From the NCBI GenBank assembly GCA_039794085.1, contig JBDIWC010000030.1:1-51611 (forward strand): a stretch of 51,611 bases of DNA, in the 5' to 3' direction. The stretch is from Gemmatimonadales bacterium (GTDB lineage: Bacteria > Gemmatimonadota > Gemmatimonadetes > Gemmatimonadales > GWC2-71-9). The notes under the pieces were generated by a model. It was not told where the DNA came from, did no database searches, and saw only the letters and a list, made by a program, of their open reading frames with translations. Both the position numbers and the translations under genes were made by a program. This document shows, piece after piece, positions 39,164 through 48,439 of the stretch; the first letter of the stretch is position 1; every line of letters begins with the position of its first letter.

Positions 39164-40369
39164 CTAGCGGCTGGCCCGCCACCAGGCGAGGCTCGCCACC
39201 CCGACCACCAGCGCCGCTGTCAGGAGCGCCCACTCTCCCCCCCACACCTGGTATAACGCCCCGTACCCCAGCCCGACCGGGAGGGCCAGGAGCGCCACGC
39301 TTCCCTGGTAGGAGCCAAAGGCCCGCCCGGTACGGACCGGAGCCAGCCGGGCGATGGCCGCCTTCTCCGCGCTCTCCAGCAGACCGCTGACCACCCCGAA
39401 GCCCAGAAACACGAGAATTCCGCCCCCGGTGCCCGTCACCCGTCCGAAAAGAGCGAGAACGACGGCGAGCAGTACGCCGCCGCCCACCAGGGTGCGGGAG
39501 CTTCCCACTCGATCCGTGAGCCACCCGCCGGGCCACGCCGCCAGGGAACGCACCACGTGCAATCCCGCCCAGACCAGGGGCACCGTGGCAACGGATGTCC
39601 CCAGATCCTGGAGGCGGAGCAGCAGCAGGGCCTCCGGCATCCGGCCGCCCACGAGTACCGCCAGCGCCGCGGCCGGTACCCAGAACCCCCGGCCCTCGGC
39701 ATCCACCTCCCCGGCCGGAGGATTCATCTTCTCGGACGTTCGAACCGCGGGAGCCACGGGAGTGGCCGATCGTTCCCGGGCCGCATGGATCAGGGCCCGA
39801 TGGAGAACCAGAAGCACGAGGAGTCCGGGAATCGCCGACCAGAGGATCACGTCCCGTACCCCCTGACCCGCCGCCAGCAGTCCCCACGCGGCCAGCGCTC
39901 CGAGGACGGCCCCGAGGTGATCGGCCGCCCGATGGAATCCGAAGGCCCTGCCGTGCATGGCGCGCGGAGTGATGTCCGCGATCAGGGCATCCCGGGCCGG
40001 ACTGCGGAGCCCCTTCCCCACTCGGTCGGTGACCCGGAGTCCGACGACCTGCCACGCCGTCCCGGTCACCGCGATCAGGGGCCGGATCACCACCGCCAGG
40101 GCGTAGCCCCATCGGATCAGGGGAAACCGCCAGCCGGGCCGGTCGGCGAGACGACCGCTGATCCACCGGATGCCCCCACCGGCCAGATCGGCGGCCCCGT
40201 CCAGGGCGCCCAGCGCCACGGCGCCGCCTCCGGGCAGGGCGGTCACGAACGCGGGAAGCAAGGGATAGACCATCTCGCTGGCCAGGTCATTGCCGAGCGA
40301 CACGAGGGAGAGACCCCGGACCGTGGCCGGGAGACGTGCCGGATCCGCACCCGACGCGCGCGTCGTCAT
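39164..40369 (-). CDS. MFS transporter
   Basis: DLASEMVYPLLP, SGRLADR, DRVGKGLR..ARDAL, GRAFGFHRAAD. Confidence 0.9.
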   Translation of the reverse strand: MTTRASGADPARLPATVRGLSLVSLGNDLASEMVYPLLPAFVTALPGGGAVALGALDGAADLAGGGIRWISGRLADRPGWRFPLIRWGYALAVVIRPLIAVTGTAWQVVGLRVTDRVGKGLRSPARDALIADITPRAMHGRAFGFHRAADHLGAVLGALAAWGLLAAGQGVRDVILWSAIPGLLVLLVLHRALIHAARERSATPVAPAVRTSEKMNPPAGEVDAEGRGFWVPAAALAVLVGGRMPEALLLLRLQDLGTSVATVPLVWAGLHVVRSLAAWPGGWLTDRVGSSRTLVGGGVLLAVVLALFGRVTGTGGGILVFLGFGVVSGLLESAEKAAIARLAPVRTGRAFGSYQGSVALLALPVGLGYGALYQVWGGEWALLTAALVVGVASLAWWRASR

Positions 40370-41943
40370 GGATCGAGGTCCAGTCCCCACCGGACCAGGG
40401 TCACGGGAAAGCCGCCGAACTGCAGCATCGCACGTGTGGCCGCGGAACCGGTCTCCCCCGCATGTCCCGCCACCCAGTCCCGTCGCGTGGCGGCCAACCC
40501 CTCGGCCCCGAGCACCGCCGCAACGGCCACGGTCGGTTCCCGCGCGATCCGCCGGACCTCGGCGAGGAGCACCTCCGGCGGCCAGGGAAGATGCGTCGCG
40601 AGGTGTTCCACTGCGGTCGTGGCGGACCACTGGCGGGTGTGCATGCCGATGTCGGCCAGGGCCAGGTGGAGGGCACCGTATCGCAGAGCCCGGTAGCGGA
40701 GCCCGTCGGCGGGATCGGTCAGGAATCCGCTCCCGGCCATGAGATCGGCGGCGTGGAGAGCCCATCCACGCATCCGTCCGGTGCTCGCGGGCAATCGGCG
40801 CACCGCCGAGTCAAGATTCCGTTGTCCGGAACCCAGGAGATGCATGCCGGGGACGCCTCCGAGCACCGCCGTGAGGGCCGGGCCTCGCCACGCCACCGAG
40901 GCGGCACTCACCGACAGGACGGCGGGCCACTCTCCCTCTCGCCCCGCGGGACGATAGCGGCCCCACGGCGCGAGAATGGTCTCCGGTTCCCGCGCCAGGG
41001 CAAGATCCAGCGCGTCCCCCTCCCCCCCGTCTCCCTCCTCCACGAGACCCATCTCCACCGCATGCCGCCGTGCGGCGGGAAGCCAGGCGGCCACGGCCTC
41101 CACCGGATCCCCTGATTCTTCCATGGCCAGGCGCTCCAGGATCTCCCGCCATCCGGCATCGGGATCGATCCGGGCGGCGGCTTCCTCCACCTGGGGCAGG
41201 GTATCCTCCACCGCGTGCATGAGATGACGCCAAAGTTCAGCGGCGGTTCCCCGCTGAGCGTGCTCATGATGGAGACGCCGTTCGAAGTCGTCCTCGCCCG
41301 CCGCGAAGGCCTGGGCCTCGGCGTGGACCTCCATCTCGTCCCGCAGGGCGACGCCGAACTCGATCAGCTCCCGCAGCGCGGCTTCCGCCCGCGCACTGAA
41401 GGTGGCGGGGTCCGGGGCAAGGGGAGCGTGGCGGGTCACCACGGCCTGGAGCAGGGTCGCCAGACCGGGAAGCAGGGCCCGTGCGGTATCGAGAAAGACC
41501 GAGGGCGGTTCGGCCAGAGTCGCCCGGGCCGAGGCCAGGAACCGGGGGATGGCGGCCAGGCGGTCCGCGGTGACGACCGCCGAGTCGGAATCGGCGGGGA
41601 GACGGAGCAGGGCCTCACACGCGGTGACCAGATGGTGAACCCAGAGCGCGGGATCGTGCCGGTGCGGGGCCTCGTCGTGAATCCGGGATTCCTCCACCCG
41701 CAGCAGGTCGAGCAGAGCGGTGCGGTTGATCTCCTCCGACATCTCCTCGACATCGATCCCCTCCACGGCCCCGGCGATGGAGCGGGTCGCCGCCAGATAC
41801 TCCTGCACGGCCTCCGCATCCCAGTCACCCAGACGCGCGTCCGCCTCGTGAACCCCCTGGAGGCTCGCCGAGGCGGGATCGAAGTGGTCCTGAAGATCGA
41901 GCCAGGACCGGCAGAGATCGTCAGGAGTGGGGGAGGGGGCCAT
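40366..41943 (-). CDS. DUF885-family protein (degenerate motif)
   Basis: P..AS..G.H..D.RL.D N-terminus; PGMHL; GWALHA; ADIGMH. Confidence 0.75.
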   Translation of the reverse strand: MAPSPTPDDLCRSWLDLQDHFDPASASLQGVHEADARLGDWDAEAVQEYLAATRSIAGAVEGIDVEEMSEEINRTALLDLLRVEESRIHDEAPHRHDPALWVHHLVTACEALLRLPADSDSAVVTADRLAAIPRFLASARATLAEPPSVFLDTARALLPGLATLLQAVVTRHAPLAPDPATFSARAEAALRELIEFGVALRDEMEVHAEAQAFAAGEDDFERRLHHEHAQRGTAAELWRHLMHAVEDTLPQVEEAAARIDPDAGWREILERLAMEESGDPVEAVAAWLPAARRHAVEMGLVEEGDGGEGDALDLALAREPETILAPWGRYRPAGREGEWPAVLSVSAASVAWRGPALTAVLGGVPGMHLLGSGQRNLDSAVRRLPASTGRMRGWALHAADLMAGSGFLTDPADGLRYRALRYGALHLALADIGMHTRQWSATTAVEHLATHLPWPPEVLLAEVRRIAREPTVAVAAVLGAEGLAATRRDWVAGHAGETGSAATRAMLQFGGFPVTLVRWGLDLDP

Positions 41944-42910
41944 GACACTCCGCATCATTGCCCAGGCTCGCCTGGAGCGTGAGATCGGTCACCTGTACCC
42001 GGTCGCCCAGCATGCTCTTCGTCACCACGGCCCGTTCGATCCGGCAATCGGCGCCCACGATGCTGTCCGCCACGGTGGCGTCCCGGATCACGGTGCCCGA
42101 TTCCACCGTCACGTTGGGACCGAGGATGGACCGCTCGAGGGTGACCCCCTCCCCGATCAGCACCGGTGCGTGGATCGTGACCCCGGGAATCGAGGGGGGA
42201 GCCGGCGCATGGCTCGCCAGGAGGGTCGCGTTGGTCTCCAGAAGGGTGTCGAGCTTGCCGCAGTCGTGCCACCCGCCCACTTCGGCCGTGAGGATCCGGC
42301 GGCCGCGGTCGATCATGTGCTGAAAGGCGTCGGTCAGGTAGTACTCCCCCTTGTTCGTGGGGGCCCGCAGGGTGTGGTCGATACCGGCCCAGAGGGCGTC
42401 GACGTCGCGAATGAAATAGAGGCCGATGTTGGCGAGCTTGGACACCGGCGTCGACGGCTTCTCGACGATCCGGGTCATGTACCCCTCCCGATCGGTCACG
42501 ACCACGCCGAACCGCTGCCAGTCCTCCACCTCCTTGGCCCAGATGATCCCGTCGGCGTCGCTGCGGGAAATAAGAGTAAGGTCGGCGTCGAACACCGTGT
42601 CCACGAAGATGATCAGGACCGGACCATGCACGTGCGGCCGGGCCAGGTTCACCGCCCCCGCGGTGCCGTCCTGAACCCGCTGTTCGATGAACCGGGAGGG
42701 CCACCGGTACCGGGAGCGCGCATGGGCCTCGACATGCTCCTTGAGGTGGCCGGTGATGAAAATGAGTTCCGAGACCTCCAGCCCCTCGATCCGGTCCATG
42801 ACCCAGTCCATCACCGGCCGGCCGGCCACGCGCAGCAGCGGCTTCGGCACCAGGTGGGTATGGGGACGGAGACGGGTGCCCTTGCCGGCCAACGGAATGA
42901 TCACCTGCAT
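41921..42910 (-). CDS. Sugar-phosphate nucleotidyltransferase with hexapeptide C-terminus
   Basis: LAGKGTRLRPHT...PKPL, VEKP, GEYYLTDA, WHDCG. Confidence 0.92.
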   Translation of the reverse strand: MQVIIPLAGKGTRLRPHTHLVPKPLLRVAGRPVMDWVMDRIEGLEVSELIFITGHLKEHVEAHARSRYRWPSRFIEQRVQDGTAGAVNLARPHVHGPVLIIFVDTVFDADLTLISRSDADGIIWAKEVEDWQRFGVVVTDREGYMTRIVEKPSTPVSKLANIGLYFIRDVDALWAGIDHTLRAPTNKGEYYLTDAFQHMIDRGRRILTAEVGGWHDCGKLDTLLETNATLLASHAPAPPSIPGVTIHAPVLIGEGVTLERSILGPNVTVESGTVIRDATVADSIVGADCRIERAVVTKSMLGDRVQVTDLTLQASLGNDAECHGPLPHS

Positions 42911-42911
42911 G

Positions 42912-43298
42912 TCAGCTCCTCCCGTAACGGTCGCTCAGGCGCACGAGATCGTCGAGCTCCGGAGTGGAGGCCTCGAGCACGTCGCTGTCGGTCACCGCCT
43001 CGATCTGGTGGATGGTGCCCGCGGGAATGTGGACGGAGTCCCCCTCCCGGAAGGGCCGGGATTCCGCCGTGTCTCCCTCTCCCAGCCGGAGGATCATCTC
43101 GCCCCGCAGCAGATGCATGGTCTCGTCCTTCACCCGGTGGTACTGGCAGCTCAGCACATGTCCCGCCCGCACGTGTAGAATCTTCCCCACGTAGCGGTCG
43201 GTGTGGGCCCAGATCAGTTCGTGACCCCACGGTTTGTCCACGCGCCGGGGAAGGGGGAGGGGGAGGGGAAGGGGAAGGGAGACGGGGGCCTCGGTCAT
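42912..43298 (-). CDS. Cupin (mannose-6-phosphate isomerase type II C-terminal-like)
   Basis: VDKPWGHE, LSCQYH..KDET, EASTPELDD.VRL.DRYGR. Confidence 0.88.
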   Translation of the reverse strand: MTEAPVSLPLPLPLPLPRRVDKPWGHELIWAHTDRYVGKILHVRAGHVLSCQYHRVKDETMHLLRGEMILRLGEGDTAESRPFREGDSVHIPAGTIHQIEAVTDSDVLEASTPELDDLVRLSDRYGRS

Positions 43299-43870
43299 GA
43301 GCGGTCCACCAGGTGGAAGGTAAAGGCCGGGGGAGCGGCGATGCACTCCCGCATGCAGACCCCGCACCCGATGCAACCTTCGGACCGCAACACCGGATGG
43401 CCATCGTTGTCCATGACGAGTGCCCGTTCCCCCACCGGGCAGGCATCGGTGCAGACCTGGCAGGTGGTGCCCCGGAAGGTGACGCACCGTTCGGGAACGA
43501 ACTCCACCCGGCCCAACTGGTACCCTTCCCACCCGTGGTCCGGACGGGTCAGCGCCCCGGTGGGACAGGCGGTGACGCAGGGCATGTCGGGGCAGCCGAT
43601 GCAGGGCTGCCGACGGGTGTCGATCTCCGGCGTTCCGGCGGCGAGGCCTCCCCGCGAGGGAACCTTCACGATGGCCCCGACCGGGCAGACCGGCAGACAC
43701 TCCCCGCAACGGGAGCAGGCGGCGAGGAACGCCATCTCGGGGAGGGCGCCCGGCGGCCGGAGATACCGCCGGTCGGACACCCGTTCCTCGGTGGCCGTCA
43801 TCATCCGCTCGACCCAGTCTCCCAGACTCTGCTTGAGGAAGTGGCGCCGGTCCCCCGGTCCGAGTCGCAT
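43295..43870 (-). CDS. MauM/NapG-like 4Fe-4S polyferredoxin
   Basis: LRPPGA, CSRCGECLPVCP, CIGC...CVTACP, CQVCTDACP, CIGCGVC. Confidence 0.88.
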   Translation of the reverse strand: MRLGPGDRRHFLKQSLGDWVERMMTATEERVSDRRYLRPPGALPEMAFLAACSRCGECLPVCPVGAIVKVPSRGGLAAGTPEIDTRRQPCIGCPDMPCVTACPTGALTRPDHGWEGYQLGRVEFVPERCVTFRGTTCQVCTDACPVGERALVMDNDGHPVLRSEGCIGCGVCMRECIAAPPAFTFHLVDRS

Positions 43871-43878
43871 CGGCCGGC

Positions 43879-44667
43879 TCAGAGGACCGACCGGATCCAG
43901 CCCCCATCCACCGCGATGGACTGGCCGGTGATGTAGCTGGCCCGTTCGGAGGCGAGGAAGGCGGCGAGGGCGGCGAACTCGCCCGGCTCGCCGATCCGCC
44001 GCATCGGGATCTCCGCTTCCCAACGCGCCGTGACCGCGTCGGGAGTCGTTCCCTCCGCCGTGGCCATGTGGGCGGCCAGGTCCACCACCCGTTCGGTCCG
44101 GGTGTAGCCCGGCATGAGATTGTTGACGGTCACCCCCTCGACCGCCACCTCGTTGGCCAGCGTCCGCGCGAAGGCGGTCACAGCGCCGCGCAGACTGTTG
44201 GAGAGCATGAGCCCGTCGACCGGCTGCTTCGCCGCGATCGAGGTGATGTTGAGGATGCGCCCCCACCGCCGCTCCCGCATCGCGGGCAACACCGCCCGGG
44301 TGAAGGTCACGGCGCTGGTCAGCAGAATGCGGGTGGCCGCCTCCCAGTCCTCGGGCGTGAGTTGCTCGAACCGGCCGGCCCGGGGACCTCCGGAGTTGGT
44401 CACCAGGATGTCCACCGCGCCAAAGGTGCGCCGCGCATCTGACACGACCCGCTGCACTTCGTCCGGCACCGCCACATCGGCCACCACACCGTGCGCCCGG
44501 CCCCCCCGGGCCCGGATGGCGTCGCACGTGGTATCCAGGGCGGCCTTCCCCCGGGCGCAGATCACCACGGCCGCCCCCTCCGCCGCCAGTTCCTCCGCCA
44601 CCGCGCGACCGAGCCCCTTGCTCCCGGCCGCCACGATGGCCACCCGGTCCTTCAGTCCAAGATCCAT
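43879..44667 (-). CDS. SDR family oxidoreductase
   Basis: MDLGLKDR, GSKGLG, NSGGP, LSNSLR, TGQSIAVDGG. Confidence 0.92.
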   Translation of the reverse strand: MDLGLKDRVAIVAAGSKGLGRAVAEELAAEGAAVVICARGKAALDTTCDAIRARGGRAHGVVADVAVPDEVQRVVSDARRTFGAVDILVTNSGGPRAGRFEQLTPEDWEAATRILLTSAVTFTRAVLPAMRERRWGRILNITSIAAKQPVDGLMLSNSLRGAVTAFARTLANEVAVEGVTVNNLMPGYTRTERVVDLAAHMATAEGTTPDAVTARWEAEIPMRRIGEPGEFAALAAFLASERASYITGQSIAVDGGWIRSVL

Positions 44668-44671
44668 GGGA

Positions 44672-45043
44672 CTACCGCCTCAGGTATGCGTCCGTTCCGC
44701 TCAGCCAATCGGCCCGCGGCGGGCTGAAGATGTCCACGTCCAGCGTATCCTCCAGGGCCTCCGCCTTGTGCCACACCATCGAGGGGAGGTGGAGCACCTC
44801 TCCCGCTCCCACCACCACCTCCTCCGACTCATCCTCTCCGATCCAGAACCGGAGCGCCCCCTCCAGCACATAGGTCAGTTGCTCGTTCTCGTGCTGGTGA
44901 CGGGGAACGACGCACCCCTTCTTGAGATATACGTGCGCCAGCATCATCCGATCGCCCGTGATCAGCCGCCGGTCGAGCAGGTCGTTCAGCTTTTCCTTCG
45001 GCATGTCGTTCCAGCGATACCACGTCACCCCCGGTGCGGTCAT
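44672..45043 (-). CDS. Cupin domain protein
   Basis: VP.HQHENEQ, H.AEALED, DIFSPPR.DW. Confidence 0.9.
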   Translation of the reverse strand: MTAPGVTWYRWNDMPKEKLNDLLDRRLITGDRMMLAHVYLKKGCVVPRHQHENEQLTYVLEGALRFWIGEDESEEVVVGAGEVLHLPSMVWHKAEALEDTLDVDIFSPPRADWLSGTDAYLRR

Positions 45044-45061
45044 GTCGGTCTGTCTCCCCTG

Positions 45062-46120
45062 TCAGCGGCGAACCGCGGTAATGTTGAGGAAGGCCCGGCG
45101 GAGGCTGTCCGCCTTGCCCGCGGCCTCCAGTGCCGACCAGAGCCGGTCGACGGTGTCCCGGTCCACCAGGCCCGGCGGCGAACCTTGTTGTGCGGTGGAG
45201 AGCCCCTCCTCCTCCCGGAACAGATCCACGGCCGCGGCCAACTCCGGCGTGTAGCGGTCCGCCCCCGGACCCCGGCGGAGCACCGCTTCATCGCTCCGAT
45301 AGTAGCCCAGGGCGTGCAGCATCAGGGTGAGCTGCCACACGTCATTCCCGGACTGTTGCTCCAGGGTCCGGTATCCCAGCGTCTGCGAAATCGTCTCGTA
45401 GATCCGCCGCAGCTCCGCCACCGGCTCCGGATGCTCGCACACGTTGATGTGGGCGGTGATCCCATCGGGGCGGCGCGAGTGACCGGGCCGGGGATCCGCC
45501 ACGATCACCGCCGCCGACTGCGTCCGCCCCTTCCGGGAATCCCCTCCCATCGCATGACCGGCGGCCAACGCCTCGATCAGGCGGTCAGCCAGATGGCGGG
45601 GACTTCCCTCGCTCGCTTCGAAGGTCTGCCCGACCGCCTCCACCACTTCGGGACCCACCAGCAGGTTCCCCTGCGTCACATAGTTGGTCCCCATCCGTCC
45701 TCCCGCCCAGGGACCATTCCCTGCCCCGGTGTGCTGGGCCCCGCTCCCCTGGAGGCCGAGCACACCCACTTGGCGGGAATCGGCCAGGGAATCGGCGGCC
45801 ACGAGATCTCGAAGGGCATCGGCCGGGGCGATCCCGGCGGCCAGCGCATCGAGCAGTTCCGGCCCATAGGCCACGCGGGTGTTGGCCTGGGTGGCCACGC
45901 CTCCCACGCCCGCCCTGACCCAGGGGACCCCGTTCCCCACGCAGGGGACCCGGGTGGTGACGGCGACGCCGATCTCCCCTGTGGCGGGATCCCGCGCCAC
46001 GATGCTGAAGGTGTGGAATACCGCGTCAGGGCCGGAGCCCCAGGCGACCGGTTCCTGGGCGGTGAGTGCTCCAGCCGATCCCAACACCAACACGATCGTG
46101 GCGCGCCACACGGTGGTCAC
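45062..46120 (-). CDS. DUF1028 (Ntn-hydrolase-like) protein with peptidoglycan-binding-like C-terminus
   Basis: HTFSIVARD, VATQA, QGNLL, GGDSR, QSAA, PVAELRR; C-terminal GLVDRDT. Confidence 0.85.
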   Translation of the reverse strand: MTTVWRATIVLVLGSAGALTAQEPVAWGSGPDAVFHTFSIVARDPATGEIGVAVTTRVPCVGNGVPWVRAGVGGVATQANTRVAYGPELLDALAAGIAPADALRDLVAADSLADSRQVGVLGLQGSGAQHTGAGNGPWAGGRMGTNYVTQGNLLVGPEVVEAVGQTFEASEGSPRHLADRLIEALAAGHAMGGDSRKGRTQSAAVIVADPRPGHSRRPDGITAHINVCEHPEPVAELRRIYETISQTLGYRTLEQQSGNDVWQLTLMLHALGYYRSDEAVLRRGPGADRYTPELAAAVDLFREEEGLSTAQQGSPPGLVDRDTVDRLWSALEAAGKADSLRRAFLNITAVRR

Positions 46121-48252
46121 GGGGTCTCGTCCGGAGTGAGCCAGTGGCTGAACCACTGCCGCAGCCGCCCGAGCCGGTCCACCAGGAGCCACGGCTCCCC
46201 GGTGCGCGAGAGGTCGTGGGTCGAACGGGGATAGCGCACCCATTCCACCGGCGTTCCCTGCTTCTTGAGCCCCATGAACCACTGCTCGGCGTCGGTCATC
46301 GGCGTGCGATGATCCTCCTCGGACTGCACCATGAGCGTCGGGGTCGTCACCTGCCGAATGTAGCGGATCGGCGAGAGGGAATCGTACATCGCGGGGTTGT
46401 CCCACGGCTTGCCGTAGAACTCGAACTCGGTGAGGCCCTGCGCGTCGGACGATCCGTACCAGGACCACCAGTTGCTGATCATCCGGTCGGTCTGAGCCGC
46501 GGCGAACCGCTGCGTCTTGACCGTCACCCAGGCGGTCATGACCCCGCCATACGATCCCCCGGTCACGCCGAGCCGCGCGGGATCCACGTCGGGGCGGGCG
46601 GCGGCGATGTCCACCGCCTTCATCAGGTCCTCGTAATCCTCGGCGAACCACCGGCCCCGGGTGGCGAAGGTGAAGTCGGCGCCGTACCCCGAGGAGCCGC
46701 GGGGGTTGGTGAAGAGCACGAACATCCCGGCCCCGGCCAGGTTCTGGAACTCGTCGAACCAGTTCTCGCCGTAGGCCGAGTGGGGGCCGCCGTGAATGTA
46801 GAGCACCAGGGGATAGCGCTTGCCGGCCTGGTAGCCGTGCGGCTTCATCAACCACCCCTCGATCTCCAGTCCTCCCACGGAGGGGTAGGTGAACCGTTCG
46901 GCGTCGCTCCAGGCGATCTCCGAGTTCAACGCGTCGTTGACGGTGGTGAGTTGCCGTTCTCCGGTCCCGTCGGGCCGGGCCACGAAGAGTTCGGTGGGCC
47001 GGGTCAGGCTGGTGGAAACGTAGGCCACGACCGCTCCCGCAGTGTCGTAATCGAATCCGCTCAGGCGACGCCGCCCCGCGATTGTTTCGGTCCGGCGCCC
47101 CGAGGCGGGATCCACGAGGTGCAGGGCCGTGCGCCCGCCGATCGCGGCGCTCACCGCGAGGCGGCCGTCCCGGAGCCAGGTCACATCGCCCGGTTCGTAC
47201 CGCCAGTCGCCGAGCAGGTCGCGCACCGAACCAGTCCGCACCTCCACCACCTGCAGTTGCGCCTGGGCGGTCCGGGCCACTCGAGTGACGAAGGCGAGCC
47301 GGGCTCCATCGGGCGACCAGACCAGCCCTCCCTCGCTCCCGTCCCCCCGCGTCAGCCGCCGGGGTTCCCCGCCCGCAGCCGGCAGAAGGAAGATGTCGCT
47401 GTCATTCCGGGGCGCCTCGTCCCGGGCGGCGTCATAGGGGAGTTTGGAGACGGAATCGCGAATCGCCTGGACCAGCGAGTCGGGGCGGAGTTCCGGGTCC
47501 GCCGTGAAGGCGATCCACTGCCCGTCGGGCGACACGGTGACATTGCGGTGCGAGTAGGCGGTGCGGGTGAGCTGCTCCCGGGCCCCGGTGTCCCCCCGGC
47601 GGCGCCAGACCTGGGCCGCCCGGTACTCGGGGGCGCGGGCCGGGTTGGCGAGGAATCCCTGGTTGTTCGACTTGTAGGGGAGGTCCACGATGTGGCGGCC
47701 GTCGAACCGGGCCGGATCGACCGGGCGGGTGACGGATCCCCACGGGGGGCGCGCCGTGGCCGGCATCTTCGCGAAGGCGGTGTCGCGGGTCCGGTCCGCC
47801 GAATCCGGCGGCGGGGGAGCTCCCCATACGATCACCTTCCGGTCGCGGGTGAGGGAGGCCCCGGCGGGAATCGAGTCATAGACAAAGGCCTCGCCCCCGG
47901 TTCCATCCATGCGCATCGCCCACGACCGCGCCGAGCTCCCCGGCCGGGTGGACGTGAACAGCAGCAGGGTCCCGTCGGGCGACCAGCGCGGGTTCGAGCT
48001 CTCCACCGTGGGCACCGTGATCCGGCGGGCGGGGGTGCTTCCATCGGCGGGGGCGAGCCAGATCTCGCTGTGCCGCCGGTTCTCCTTCTCCGCGACGGTG
48101 GTCACGGTGAAGGCGATCCGCCGCCCGTCGGGCGACACCGCGGGAGAGGACACGGTGGTGACCCGGTGCCAGTCGGCAGGGGTGAAGGCTCGGCCCTGGG
48201 CCAGGGCGGTGGCAGGCACCAGAAGCAGCAGCGCGGACAGGAGGGAACGCAT
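46117..48252 (-). CDS. S9 family peptidase
   Basis: Signal peptide, WSPDG repeats, IHGGPH, GGSYGG, DHRTP, HDL. Confidence 0.93.
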   Translation of the reverse strand: MRSLLSALLLLVPATALAQGRAFTPADWHRVTTVSSPAVSPDGRRIAFTVTTVAEKENRRHSEIWLAPADGSTPARRITVPTVESSNPRWSPDGTLLLFTSTRPGSSARSWAMRMDGTGGEAFVYDSIPAGASLTRDRKVIVWGAPPPPDSADRTRDTAFAKMPATARPPWGSVTRPVDPARFDGRHIVDLPYKSNNQGFLANPARAPEYRAAQVWRRRGDTGAREQLTRTAYSHRNVTVSPDGQWIAFTADPELRPDSLVQAIRDSVSKLPYDAARDEAPRNDSDIFLLPAAGGEPRRLTRGDGSEGGLVWSPDGARLAFVTRVARTAQAQLQVVEVRTGSVRDLLGDWRYEPGDVTWLRDGRLAVSAAIGGRTALHLVDPASGRRTETIAGRRRLSGFDYDTAGAVVAYVSTSLTRPTELFVARPDGTGERQLTTVNDALNSEIAWSDAERFTYPSVGGLEIEGWLMKPHGYQAGKRYPLVLYIHGGPHSAYGENWFDEFQNLAGAGMFVLFTNPRGSSGYGADFTFATRGRWFAEDYEDLMKAVDIAAARPDVDPARLGVTGGSYGGVMTAWVTVKTQRFAAAQTDRMISNWWSWYGSSDAQGLTEFEFYGKPWDNPAMYDSLSPIRYIRQVTTPTLMVQSEEDHRTPMTDAEQWFMGLKKQGTPVEWVRYPRSTHDLSRTGEPWLLVDRLGRLRQWFSHWLTPDETP

Positions 48253-48298
48253 GGAGACTCCTCGTCGGTAGGAACGCGGGGGATGGAGGGAATGTAGT

Positions 48299-48332
48299 CA
48301 GGACGTAGAACATAGGACATAGGACACAGGAT
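48299..48332. repeat. Heptamer array (CATAGGA)n
   Basis: About 5 imperfect units. Confidence 0.8.
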
Positions 48333-48439
48333 GGTTTGTGGCGCTTGCTTGCGGACCCGGCGGGACCTGTCATCGCGAGGCGGCCACGCCGCCGTGGCGA
48401 TCTCGTGAGCGGAAGCCGCCCGGCCCTCCATGCTCGGCC

